From: Lingula anatina
Lineage: Eukaryota; Animalia; Brachiopoda
Length of the DNA stretch: 64,000 bases
Direction: 5' to 3'
NCBI GenBank assembly: GCA_051362555.1
Contig: CM120643.1
Span: 29,330,848 to 29,394,847 of the forward strand
A model generated the notes under the pieces. That model was not told where the DNA came from, searched no databases, and saw only the letters and a list, made by a program, of their open reading frames with translations. Shown in pieces: positions 13,475 to 26,800 of this stretch (positions are counted from its first letter, which is position 1; the number at the start of each line of letters is the position of its first letter). A program made the translations under genes and the position numbers.

Positions 13475-16400
13475 TTCTTATATACTGTAGACTAAGAAAA
13501 CAGGCAGCATAGAAGAGTAGCAGTTCTATTCTCAGCTTTTACATACAACATGGATGATTTAAAAACTGTTCCCACTTACTGATTATCGTGATCGAAAATG
13601 TGCAGACTACAACATAACTAGGCTAACCATTTTTGTTTCCACTTGTACATGCCCCACAATTGAGAATAATTTGATATAATTCTGCATTTTCAGTTTAATC
13701 ATTTTAAGTACGTGCGTGGGTATATTTTTATGCAATAAAAAGATGCATTTTTATACAGTATGTATATATTCCACAGAATGAAGTAAGATTTATTTCAACT
13801 TTGGTTTCCAATGTACTGTTCATCGTCATGGTAGAACTACCTTAAAATACTTAAAGCACTTGTTTATTTCCTTGCTTCATACTATTAACTCTAACAATTT
13901 GGCATGGTTGATAATTGTAATCCTCAAGAAAAAGACGAGCAGCATGTGGAAGGCTTAAATATTCATGTACAAGTACCACAACAGCGTCACAACCACGTCG
14001 CAACCGCTTCGCAACTAACACAATCTTTCGCCGTGTACCGATCTTGCTTATCATCTGACGACTTTAAAAGATTCAACATTAATCTCAACCATATCTCACG
14101 GATACAAATTTTTTGCTAAGGAGTGAGAGAACAAGGGTGTGAAAATGCCGAGAGAATTAAGCCAGATATTTAACAGTAAACGTGTATTCTTGACAATAAT
14201 ATATAGGGTTCAGAGAAACGCTTAGTTTTGTCTAACTGCACTCTTTAATCTGTCTTGGGTAAAGAGAACGGGCAACGCCGAAGCTAGGCCAGTGGCCTCT
14301 TTTGTGTCTGACATTGCACCTTCTAACCAGTCAAGAATCAAAGTTTTAATCACTTTTTTTAACTTTTGACAAATATAAGAGCGGTTTTCTTTTCTTCCAA
14401 ATGGTGAGTAAATTGTATTGATGTCAAATTAAAGGTTAACATTTTACGCAGATTTTGACTTGTGTACTTTGACAAAGGGCAACTACGGTTTTTTAATATT
14501 TATCTTGTTTTTTCAAATGACCCATTTCAAGATGTACTATCAGCGTTTCAAAATGTCCCAAAGTTATATTTTCTTTGCCTACAAATCCTGCAAAGCTATC
14601 TTTCTCTGCCAATTCATTTTTTTTGAAAAGGATAAAACCGACCGAAAATTATTTTTGAGAAAGTGAGCACTGGACACCAGGTATGTGGTGAAAGCGGAAG
14701 GTGTGAGGAGAATGTTGCTGTTCCTCCTGTTGTGCACCAGTTGACCTCCAGTAAGCACACATTTGATCACCTTGACAGGTGTGACAGGTGTGACAGGAAT
14801 GGTAGTCCTAGGAATGGAAGCCCGGGCTCCCATATGATTACTACAGGTTAGTGTTAGTTGGAATATTGGGGTTAGTGTATAGGACAAATATCACATGTAA
14901 GGAGGGGGGGGGGGGGGGGGGGGGCGGACTACGGCTCCTAGCTGACTACCATTACTGTCACATGAGCTGTAAAATATTACAACACATAGTCCTATAACGC
15001 ACGGCACATAAGGCGATTACATTAAAACTTTTAAAAAGAACGTGCATTTTTGCGTTAAGATAGACAAACTTGGTAATATGATGCCATTGAAAATTGTTTT
15101 AAATTTGCTTGGAGAGAACCTAGCTGAACCTAGGTGCATACTAAGTAAGATTTTTGTGTGTTGAGTGGAGGTGAGGGGGGGGGGGGGGAGGCGGGCGGGC
15201 AGGGGAAGCATTACCTAAGCTCCTCTTGTCCTTAACACCTACGCCTGTGCATATAAAAGACCAGTTTTTGACACTTGAAAAGAATGCGGTGAGTGGGTCA
15301 GTCAACACGTGAAACAGAAGCACGTGTAGCACGTGTTTACCTTAACGCCACTGGTAAAGTGCAACTCGGTCACCGTGGTACGTGAAAGTCTAGGAGCAGG
15401 GGAATCCAACATCAGAAAGGTTTATTAATAATTTAACTGAAAAAAATAATAAAAACTAAAGAAATAACTACTGCTTGATTGATAACTTACCAAATGAATG
15501 GTGTAAAACAATAGATAAAGAGATAACTTATTCAGTAGGTTAATTAATTAATGAATATAAATAAACAAATAAACTAATAGCTCAGAAAATAAAAAGGTAA
15601 TTTATAAATCAGTTTGAAAATAGATGCAAATAGATGCTCAGCAGATAATCGAAGGCTGTTCTACTGGAACATGCAACTCAGTCAATATCTACACGGATTC
15701 CAGATTCCAGACAGTTAGTTACATGTTTTCGCGACAAATCTAATTTTCCTCGATAAAATAATAATTTATCCGGCTGGCAAATCATTGCTCGACCCGTCTG
15801 TGCACTTGGGGGCGATTCTTTAAGTACCTTAGTTCGGAAACTAATCAAGAATTATTTAGACCGCCATTTCTCCTTGACATTTCTGAAGCAAGCCTTGACA
15901 TAGCGTACCTGGCGTACTTTTCGTTCTTATTGCCTACGTTGTGAGAGAAAACCAACTTTGCAGGATATTTAGGCTTAAAAATGGCTTTGGGACGTTTTCA
16001 AATGCATGTAGACTACATATTACATGGAGGCCTTCGCCTTCGCCCACGCTGTGATTCACGTGAACGATCTATTAAGGCGAAGGCCAGGAAGTCTTTCTAA
16101 TCTTAACCACAAAAAATTATATATAGACCAGCGAGTAGCGCACCAGGTGACATTACCTGTCTGGCCAAATAGATTAAACACCTTTATGAAAACCTCAGAA
16201 TACATTAACGCGATTTCTTGAAAGAAATGATTTCAGAATAGTATGTGGTGATCTAAGCCCCATATAAACTTCTGTCTGTGAAAAAATAGATGGTAAAAAG
16301 GACCATATTTTCAATATATTTAAACAACCCTAGTGGAGCTGACTACGTTATTTTAGTGCACAAATGCAGGCACTCAAACAGACACGTGCGAGCACACATA

Positions 16401-18517
16401 TCGGGAGTATAAAAACTTAAATTAAACTTAAATTAAAATTTAGGGTTTTAAGAAAAGTGTATTCAATATATTTCCACACATAAGGGTAGGGATTTGACGG
16501 TGGTCGGGCCTCAAAGTAATGTATAAGTTAGTCTGTCAAAATAGGTTTAGTACGTTAGGTGATTTACGAGAATAAAAAACAGCATATTTTGAATTTGTTC
16601 AGCAAAATTATATTGCAAAACATATTTAAGTAACATAAAAGAAGTACAAAATTACCGTAGCGGGTCAGAAAAATATAGGGGTTGATGAGAATATCGAGCT
16701 TGCCGAATACAAACTACAAGTTGCACACTGGTAAAATGTCATCAAACCAAAAGATACCTAAATCATCATTTTTATCAAATTTGTGTTTTGAACTTCAAAT
16801 AATTATTTTGTTGTCCCTTCTTAAAATAAATTTGAGATGAGTTTAATTTATTTTAGCTGTTGTCAGTGGAAGGCATATCTGTGATGCATCCATTAATTTA
16901 GGCGACGTGTGTACGTGTAAATACACGAAGGACACGTTCATCTACATGGGGACTTTTGATACAAATTAAAATTTAAAAAAATCATCGTGATTATGTGTCA
17001 CTTTTTTATTTCTTTCAAATTAACTGGAGCTTTTATGACTACGATATGCTGTGAATAATGCTGTCTTAAATATGAACCCCTCAACATAGAAACATTCGAT
17101 ATAAAAATATAAACGACTTTTTTAAAATCCCAAATGTGTTGTCATCGACCACCTATCTGCACTTAACCTGCATTGTCTGCTTCAGAGAAACGTGAGATCT
17201 TTTCTGAATGACCTTTTTTTCTAAAAATATCCTGTGAGCTTATAACCTTTGAGTTTTGCAGACAGTGCGATAAAAGAACGGAATTTTTTCATTATGACGC
17301 ACGCTGCCTTAATATTTACATGCCGTACTGGCCTCTACCGGTCGCGTCACATTTTAGGTTCAGATAGCGGAGTTTTATAACAAAATAACGATATTTCGTA
17401 ATCAATATGCCTTTTGCGATTAAAATATATCCAGTAAGAAACAGTTACCTTAATCAGTTTTTGACTCATATGTCAAAATATGAAAGTACGTACTGAGAGG
17501 ATAAATACATCCGGACCGAATTTCAAAATTCATCTAAAACGAGTTTCTGTGCAATGATAAAAGTCGTAAGCGAATTCAAACTCAACACTGATTTTAATGG
17601 GAAGTATATCTGAAACGCGACCAAATTTGCAACATTTATAAATCATAAAAATAATATTTCTTGCTACTGTAATTTTCTGCTTTGCCAGAATTTTTACCCA
17701 TGAAGGACAAAAGTGGGTTGATAAAAAAAAAAAAAAAAAAAAAAAACTACAGATATTCACGTACTGGCCATGGTTTAGTGGGAGAGGGGGGGGGGGGAGC
17801 GAAGTTAATTGATTCTCTCGTACTATATATATATATGGCTGTACCACCCTTCATCTTCGGTGAGCATCCTAGCATTTCTAAGACAGACAGTTAATTCAAT
17901 GCAATTGAGATAACTATTACTTTCTGATATTTCCTAGTTACTATTTATATTTTATAGTTTATGGCCGAAGTTAGTAACAATATTATAAATTGAAAATATT
18001 TATGTACATAACATCAGTGAGTCTTTTTTATTGATCAGTTTTATTAAATAAATTTGCCTGACGAACTGATCAACAAATTTAAACATTAGGACCTATTATG
18101 CACAATCAGCGTTATAATACATTATATTGATTTTTCCAATTATCATCCCCATTAAACTTATGTTATCTCTCCGCACTTCTGCCGCTGTAGTAAACACATA
18201 TTTTACAAAATATAAATTAAATTAATTGTGCAAATTTTGGTCTTAATTCACGTATAAAGCGCTATTATCATTTTTAGAATTATTTACATTTTAGTGCAAT
18301 ATTTTAATTATTTAAAAATAACATATAAATTATTGGAAATACTGTTCCTCTTCAAAGTAATATGCGGAAAATATTGCTCATATTAAATGCCATTTCAAGA
18401 GAATAAAAAACAAATAAAATTCCGTCTAAATACGAAGCGCTAACATAATTTAAATTCAGATACGGATTTTCCCGCAAGTCTGAGACCACATTTTTACTGG
18501 CAGTCAGTTTTTTCATC

Positions 18518-20119
18518 TTATAACGACGATCTTTGACAAAACCTTACTTTATAAGGCTTTGGAGTCATAGCCAAACCGAACTCTCCTTTCAGAGCTTCCT
18601 CATAATCTTCCCCCTCTTCTGGTAAAATATACGTCTTTTGTAACAGTGCCGTGACCATTATGAAAAGTTCCTTCAGCGCCAAGGCATAACCCAAGCATTT
18701 ACGTTTTCCAACAGAAAATGTCGTCGCACGTTCTTTGAGTTCATTATCAATGGTCGTCCGTCCAGCGGCGTCTGTCCGCAGAAAGCGTTCAGGTTTGAAA
18801 AGGTCCGGGTCAGTCCAGACGCTACTATCGTGACATACTGACCAGTAATTGATTAAGATCATTGTATCATCGGGGATATAGAATTCACCGAGGACCACCT
18901 CTCTGGTCGTAGCCCTGGGGAGACTCAGAGGCAAGACCGGTCGGAAACGAAGTACCTCGTGAATCATCGCCATGACGTAAGGCGTCTTGTCCATGTCGTC
19001 GGTGCGAGGCTCTCGCGATTTTCCGATCACGGAATCGATCTCTATCTGCGCCTTCCGCTGAGCGTCCTGAAAGGCGACCAGACAGAGCGTCACCCAGTTG
19101 AGGGCGGTGGATGTTGTATGGAACCCAGCACCTACTATGTCAGATAGTAAATTAAACACGTGGGCGTCAGCGAGCTTTTTTGTTCGTCTGGCGTCAGATG
19201 ATGTTGTAACGTAATTGATTAAGACGTCCATAACGTCACGGGGAGGGGTTATATGCGACAGCGTCGGTGTGTAAGAAGTTAACCATCGTTCCTGCAACAG
19301 ACGATGGCAGATACGAGGCAACATGTCAGCCATGGCTTTAAACTTCCTCATTCGCTCCCGCATAAATGGTTCAAGCCACGGGAAAAAATCGGCTGGATTT
19401 CCAGCTTTGCAAAAATCAGTAAAATTTCTTACAGATTTTAACATATTCATAAATTGTTCATCTAAATTTCCAGCTCGGCCACACCCAAAGACAAGCGCGA
19501 AAATCACCGAACTTACAGCAGTTAAAAAGTCAGACGCAGGGTCGTATGGTCTTTCTTCGTTTTTCAAAATGTTTTTCACCAAATTATCGGCTTGTTTACT
19601 TATCAGTTCCTCAAGATTTTGTTTGTCCTTCATAACAGCGTTTAAGGCACGGACTGCGATTTTTCTTTGGACGTCACTTACTCCATAGTCGCGGTTATTT
19701 GTCAGGGATGCCCCGTCACAGATACTACTGAAGCTAAGGAGGCTTGCCCGGCCGTCAAACTCTCCGCGTCTGTCTAGCAGAACGTGTCGCGTAGCAGCCA
19801 GCCCGTTCACCACAACGACAGTTTTGCTTCCCATGCGTATTCTATAAATGTCTCCGTAATTCTCCCTCCATCTCGCTAACACCTGGTGAGGGTGAGAGCC
19901 CAGGTATGGCAGATGACCAAGAATCGGCCAGCCCCTCGGTCCGGGCGGCAGTCGACGCTGTGTCCTGCGATCTTTGTTTCGGTCGCTCTTTGGAAAATGA
20001 TCGAGAAAAAATTTAGCCAAAGACACACCGATGAAGACACAGGTAAAAACCATAAAAAAGTGAAGCAATGCCCCCCCGGCCTGCACGCAACCATCCGTGA
20101 AACTGTCCTTAGCGGCCAT
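18518..20119 (-). CDS. Cytochrome P450, CYP1-like (clan 2), single coding exon
   Basis: 533-aa uninterrupted ORF: N-terminal TM, PPGPRGWPILGHL, AGNPADFFPWL, I-helix DIVGAGFHTT, ExxR (EVLR), PERF, heme motif FSVGKRKCLG. Confidence 0.93.
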   Translation of the reverse strand: MAAKDSFTDGCVQAGGALLHFFMVFTCVFIGVSLAKFFLDHFPKSDRNKDRRTQRRLPPGPRGWPILGHLPYLGSHPHQVLARWRENYGDIYRIRMGSKTVVVVNGLAATRHVLLDRRGEFDGRASLLSFSSICDGASLTNNRDYGVSDVQRKIAVRALNAVMKDKQNLEELISKQADNLVKNILKNEERPYDPASDFLTAVSSVIFALVFGCGRAGNLDEQFMNMLKSVRNFTDFCKAGNPADFFPWLEPFMRERMRKFKAMADMLPRICHRLLQERWLTSYTPTLSHITPPRDVMDVLINYVTTSSDARRTKKLADAHVFNLLSDIVGAGFHTTSTALNWVTLCLVAFQDAQRKAQIEIDSVIGKSREPRTDDMDKTPYVMAMIHEVLRFRPVLPLSLPRATTREVVLGEFYIPDDTMILINYWSVCHDSSVWTDPDLFKPERFLRTDAAGRTTIDNELKERATTFSVGKRKCLGYALALKELFIMVTALLQKTYILPEEGEDYEEALKGEFGLAMTPKPYKVRFCQRSSL

Positions 20120-20282
20120 TTGAACTGGGCTTATTCTGACTCGTTTTACAGACGATGTCCAGCTATTTATTCAAAGCATTCCTCTGGTAACTGAACGCTT
20201 TAACTGCTTAAAGGTAAGAGTTACTTGATCTCTTTCGGGTTCAGAAGTTATCACTATTAAATAAAGAAGAAATGAAATTACA

Positions 20283-20338
20283 TTTATATAGGTGCTATCG
20301 CCCCCTCATTTACACGCATGATACCCCCGTGATGCGTG
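20283..20338 (-). promoter_or_regulatory. Putative CYP1-like core promoter: TATA box plus two XRE cores
   Basis: TATATAAA on the minus strand at 20283-20290, about 165 bp upstream of the ATG; CACGC at 20313-20317 and GCGTG at 20334-20338 directly upstream. Confidence 0.5.
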
Positions 20339-20805
20339 CCTTGACATTTCACTGAGCGACCTGACATAAAGGAACAAAACCCGCACGATGAACTCGTTTT
20401 CGCTTTATTCACAACCTCCTTTATTACGAAAACGAGCTTTTCAGTTTTAACCATACCCGCTCCGTCAGAATTACGCGCTCTTTGTAATACAGTAAAGTAA
20501 AACTAGAAGATTTGGCAGTCAGAGCAATGGTGCTATGTGATGCTTGCGTCTCATTGGGAACATTCCAAACAAGGTAAAAATGGGGGTGAGCGTCAATAAC
20601 CTCAGGCCGGATATCAAATAAAACCATTAGTGCAGCTTCACCTGATACATTTCTAGCACAACCGTGCTACAAAGAAAGTATTTCTATCACTGTCTATGAT
20701 ACCAAATATAGACTTAAGATGCTTTTTCTTTAACCCTGAAATAGAAGTTTGAATGAGAAAAATACTTCCGTCTCCAAATTGGTAGATGGTTCTTTTATAC
20801 AAGCC

Positions 20806-20815
20806 GCTGAGTCAT
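20806..20815 (-). promoter_or_regulatory. Antioxidant response element / AP-1 site
   Basis: Minus strand ATGACTCAGC matches RTGACnnnGC with an embedded TGACTCA, about 690 bp upstream of the CYP ATG. Confidence 0.4.
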
Positions 20816-21618
20816 TGTGATAAAAACATGGTGACCCAGGTGAGATATAAGGACAGGACAGGAGAGGTAATTATTGGATATCATAGCACTGCATATTAAC
20901 TTGTTCACATTTTAACTGTAGGTCAACTTTCTCTCAAGGTTGAAATTTTGGTGAAGTAAAGAAAAAAGTGCAAAAAAAATTAATAAATAAATAAAAAATG
21001 GACAGATATATGAAATGAATAAAGAGATGAAATAAAATAAACAAAAGAATAAATCAATAAACAGGTCAATAAATAGACGAATCAACTCATGAATAAATCA
21101 ACACAAAGAAGATAGGTAGAGAAAAAAAAAAGAAAAGAAAAGAAACCAATCAAATTCGCTCGACAAGAAAATTGGTGAATTTGACAACGGATGGTAAAAA
21201 TTGCAAACACAGGAGAACTGACAGATAATTGCTAGTTATATATAAAGCACATATGTGAGCTCTGTTAAAGTGCATGACCACCGTACTAGGTGTTATACAT
21301 TGTTGCACATGGTTGAATCGTCCTCTTTAAGTTCATGTTGTCACGCGAGGCTCATGTGATCGCCGGAATGTCATGGCGACCTTTATGAAGCATTCGTCGC
21401 ACTTTTCCTTCCGTTATTCCCAAATGTTATTCTAACGTTGGTATAGTCAGTGAAATAATATTTTAATAAACGTGTGTGTTAATGTCAAATAACTGTGCTA
21501 GGGTGTTAGTGCTTTTGCACCCGTGACCAGTTGTGACAAGTACACATTCCACGTGGATTGGCTGATCCACTTATTGCTGATATATAATCACAACAATGCA
21601 GTAGTTAAATAAGTCTTC

Positions 21619-21619
<1 letters not shown>

Positions 21620-21674
<55 letters not shown>

Positions 21675-21700
21675 AATATGAGAAAGAAAATACGAAAATA

Positions 21701-21730
<30 letters not shown>
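21620..21730. repeat. (GA)n/(GT)n microsatellite cluster
   Basis: Direct reading. Confidence 0.9.
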
Positions 21731-21731
<1 letters not shown>

Positions 21732-23868
21732 TGATATGAGAGAGAAAATATGAAAATATGAGAGAGAGAGAATTTGGTTCTCTGTAGAAATATGTAAAAT
21801 GCGTCTATAATATCTGCCACCCTGGTAGAGAGTACTAGTTCTAAGGTTGATCGTTTTACATCGTGCGGTACGTGTGTCGACATCGAGACAATACGATACG
21901 AGGATTGCGGCTCCCTTACACAGTTCATGTCCTTTAGTTTGGACCAAGCGAAATCACTCCGGTTAATTAGCATTGTCTAGCGCTGGGGCTCCGTTTACAA
22001 TGTTCTTTTAACTAATAGCCAGGCTATTATAATTTTTCTATCCCCCTGCCATCTATTAAACCAATTAAACAATTATAAAAAGAAAGAAGGACAAATAAAT
22101 AAAAGTAAAGATTAACTAATCTCTCAACATGCTTGTCCGGTGTCTTTGTGCCGATTCAATCAACCTGTCCTCCTCCACTTTAGCCCACTTTAACGTACAG
22201 TAACACTGACAAACAGGTGATATTTATATTTGCTTTACAGTTTATCGTTGAATGGTGCATTTACAGTACTAAGAGCTGTAATTCTAAGATAGACGTTAGG
22301 ACATGCATTGTATATATTGTGAGACGCGCATTTCCAACAACCGTGTTAAATATTCATGACTGTGGTTGTGCCGTGTCCCGCACTTTTTGCGGTGTGTGGG
22401 ACTCAAGGTTATTAACCCCGCCCCTCACCTTGTGGAGAATAATACACACAAGCTGTCCTTCACATTAAGAACTGTTCTATAAGGTCAGGGACTGCAGCAT
22501 GACCTTGGTTGGTAGTTCAGGGTCGCAGTATTTGTCAGGTGTCTTACATAACCCATCTCACATCAACAAGGAAGGGATAACAACACGTGTCTAAATACAA
22601 GTGCACTGAATTTTGTAATCGTACCGTCTTTCCTCCAGCCAGGTGGATACATGTGTTACAATGAAGAAACTATGTAATAAAGAAGTTTGCTGTATACACA
22701 ACAGGGGGATTTTTTTTCTCAAATTGCGTGATGGGCCTCTACTGACTTTGATAGAATACCGTGGGGTATATTTTACTCAAAAGGACTTATATCCGACTTC
22801 GGTTCACGATTCTCGACTTGAGAGAAAAAGTAACTCAACACCACAGCTTAGTTACAAAATCAAAACTGTTTATTCCCAGGACGTTGCTTGGTGTTATGCA
22901 AGACATCGGGGCGACAGACAGCGTGATTTTAAATTATCTTAATGTTAGATAAGAGCAAATAAAGTTAGATAAGAGCAATAACGATGCAAATACGAGCCTC
23001 GTGCTCATGCCCGCGACTCCATAGAAATCAACATTAAAATCAATTAACATGTCTGAAGAATGTTTTTGTGGTCTGCACAAAGTTTCTACCTTTTGATGTT
23101 ATCTAAAGACATCCATGCCACACATTTTTGTCATCCACCCTACCCCGTCGCTTTTTTACTTTTCTGCCAACTGAAAATCACTTTGCCCCCTCCCACTTTT
23201 TTTTGTTCAAAGTTAAAAGAAAATCTTGGTAAGTCGTGTTCCACTCGCTGTCTGTATATTATAATGGCAAGTCACAGTGGAGGAATTGTGTTAGGTGAGC
23301 GGCCTGCTATGCTCCCCACTGGCTGTCAACATTTTGTGTGGGGGGATGGGTGCAAATTTCCAATGTTTGTCTATTTTTTCCCTTATTAACACGAAAAAAG
23401 CTATTCTGTAGAATTATTGTTTAGTAATCAGCATCTATATGATTGACCATTATCCAATGATTGCCTAACAATTTAATTATACTGGCTTACTTGTCAACGG
23501 GAACGAGGTCATAATGCGGAAGTTTATCGGTTTCTTTTGACTAGTTCCACAATATAAAGCTTACACATTCATTGTTATTGCATAGTGAATAACCAATCAA
23601 CTGCCATCAGTTATCATCCACAAAGAAAATTTTATTAACATATGATGTATTTGATATTTTTATTGGTTAGATACACAAATTAAACATATTTCAGTTATAA
23701 AGAAATTAGCATCTTATATCGGAACCAATTGGAAACCTGTCTAAGTGTCGTGTTGGCGAGTAATGTTGTTAAATGGGATGTTTGCGTCTGTCCAGGTGTT
23801 TTACTAACGCCATTCCGCTGGTTAATTAAATTGTATTTATTATTATGAGCTGAAACCCAGGCAATATA

Positions 23869-26800
23869 ATGCGGAAAAACAAACTTCAGCAACTTCAGAA
23901 ACTGGAGGACTTAGTAGAGCCAAAAGCGGAACTGGTGAAGAAGTCGATATGCAGTCGAGAATATTGTTTTTATGCCCTCCGTACCGTAGGCTTAGTTCTC
24001 TTTTATTATACGTTTTCGATCGGTCTTACTCTCTACAACAAGAAGGTATTCACGGTAAGTTTACTGGAAAGTCATATCTTTACGGTATGTTTGGAAGTTT
24101 TATGTAAAACCTCATAGAAAAATATATAAAATAAAAGCCAGAGCTTGTTTCATAATAATAATAATAATAATAATAAATAAAAGCGAGAGCTTGCTGCTGT
24201 GTGTCTCGATGTTATTAACTAGATCTTCCTTTGCCACTTTGCTAGTTCCCCAGGTAATTTTAATTGATGAAATCTTACACATCTGCTACTGACTACTTTT
24301 AAGAAGTAATTATAAGTAGCAGATGTGTAAGGTTTCATCAGACACACCTAAAGCGCAGGTGGATGTACCAGTACTTTGTACCAGTCATGTTCTAGTATTG
24401 AGGCATCCTCATTGCAGACATGCTGAAAACTTTTCAGAATGGCCGGACATTTGGACTGGCAGCTAGTAATGAAAAATTGGCTGGGCCAAATGGATTTTTG
24501 TTGGACCAAAAATCACCCTACTTGTCGAGACTGATACTACCAGTACGATTAGGGTAGCTTACTTTGTTTGTGGATGTGATAGGTTTTAAATGGAGGGGAA
24601 AAAGGCTTTGGGTTTTATATAATTTTATTGGTGAAATATGTCGAATAATGAATGTAAATTCAAAATTGTGGTTCTTAAAACTCTTGTCGGTCCTTTGGAC
24701 CAACCAAGTCCAATTTTTTACCAGTCCAGAAAAATTTTCCCGGTCATGACCGATCGGACTGACAGTTTCAGCAAGTCTGTCATTGTGAATTGTAACTGCT
24801 TAAATAGGCAATATATAAAGAAAAGAAAAACAAATATGTGTTGCCCTCACAATTATTGTAACAAGTTTGATAACAGTAATGTAATAATAATAATAATAAT
24901 AACTTAGGGCTTGAGGTACATCTACCTGTTGGTGTTACTTTGCCTGCTGCACATGATTTCTGCATTAATTTAAGCAACTGGAATTTAAGTCATCAATTTG
25001 CCCACATATCACTTGCCTGATGCAAATTAGATTTTCAAAAGGCCTTCCCGCCCCTGGAGTGGGGCAAGTAGGTTTTCAATAATGCAAGAACCTAAATGTA
25101 TTTTGTGTCAAGCTCTGATAACCTGTGGAATGTCTCTTTTTTCCAGCTATTTCACTTTGCACTGTCAGTGACTGTGTTCCACCTGACATTCAAGTTTGTG
25201 ATGGCCAGTATTATACGGAAACTCGTAGAATGTAAGACTGGGAAAGATAGAGTGATGTTGTCCTGGGGAGTGTACTTGAAGAGAGTGGCACCTGCAGGTA
25301 GGAGATTTCTGTTACGTCCAATACATATCATATCATATCAAACTCTCCTTCACAGCTAACACACTACCACAACTAACACACTGTCACAGCTAACACACTG
25401 TCACAGCTAACACACTGTCACAGCTAACACACTACCACAACTAACACACTGTCACACCTAACACACTACCACAGCTAACACACTACCACAACTAACACAC
25501 TGTCACAGCTAACACACTGTCACAGCTAACACACTACCACAACTAACACACTGTCACAGCTAACACACTGTCACAGCTAACACACTGTCACAGCTAACAC
25601 ACTACCACAACTAACACACTGTCACAGCTAACACACTACCACAACTAACACACTACCACAACTAACACACTGTCACAGCTAACACACTGTCACATTTAAC
25701 ATAGGCCGCATTCACATCGAGTTGAGCCATGGTTCTACAAAGCCATGACCTCAATATGGCGGACGTACATGAAAGGAAAATTGCCTAATCTTTTAATAGT
25801 CTCTCCGCCTCTCACACGCCTCCCCATGCGTCCTCCCTGCGGGGGTACAATCATTAAATCTCGGCTCCATTGGGACAACACATGGAGAGGCGTGTGAGAG
25901 GCGGAGAGACTATTAAAAGATTAGGCGGTTTTCCTTTCATGTACGTCTGCCATATTTAGGTCGTGGCTTTGTAGAGCCATGGCTCAACTCAATGTGAATG
26001 CGGCCATACTGTCACACCCAAAATAATTCACACCATCATACTTTCTCATCAGATTGTGCTGTACTTGTAATATTAAAGTTGACAGTCTTAAAAAATCAAT
26101 TTAGAAATCAGTGTCTTTTGATAAAATTCTACCAAAGCAAAAGCAAATGAAACTCTGATTATGATGCATGTTCACATAATTCCTCATTTATCAGTCAGAT
26201 TCTCTTCATTGTTTATTTACAGGTATTGCAAGTGCTCTAGATATAGGACTGTCTAATTGGGGAATGGAGTTCATCACAGTGACTCTGTAAGTATATGAAA
26301 TGATGTTCACATTATTTTAAAGCTTGTGTCTTTAAGTTACTCTCATAATGGAGAAGGAGACTGATGAGTTTTACTCATGATTGTAGAATTAAAAATTCAG
26401 GAGTTGAATATGGATTCATACAACATAAATATGTTAATTTCTAGCTAGAATATTTCTTGATTGTTGAGAAAACCTGTTGAAATTTCCAGGAAAACAAGTT
26501 GTTCTACTATATTATAACAGTCTAACCAGTAGTCTGTATGTCTTTAAGTACTAGTAGTATGTTCAGTTCAAGCCCATTCAAATCCAGTGAATAAACCCCT
26601 ATTTCAGGTACACAATGGTGAAGTCCACAGCAATTATATTCATCCTGACCTTCTCAATATTAATGAAACTAGAGAAATGTGTAAGTACTGTATGCTGGTC
26701 TGTTTTGTAACAGCACCTCATGATTTTTATATTATATGGCACTGTATCTATCTATGAGTGTGCTGGTGACTTACAGACAGTTATTGATTTTGATATTGTT

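Noticed and set aside
14579-14887. Possible small exon or gene (ORFs on both strands, gacaggtgt repeat)
   Set aside because: No recognisable homology and no partner exons could be joined.
14140-17700. Possible transposon relics or ncRNAs in the CHST-CYP intergenic region
   Set aside because: No termini, TSDs, second copies, transposase ORF or tRNA/snRNA fold could be established by eye.
18959-20194. Plus-strand ORFs overlapping the P450
   Set aside because: Antisense shadows of a real CDS with no recognisable motifs.
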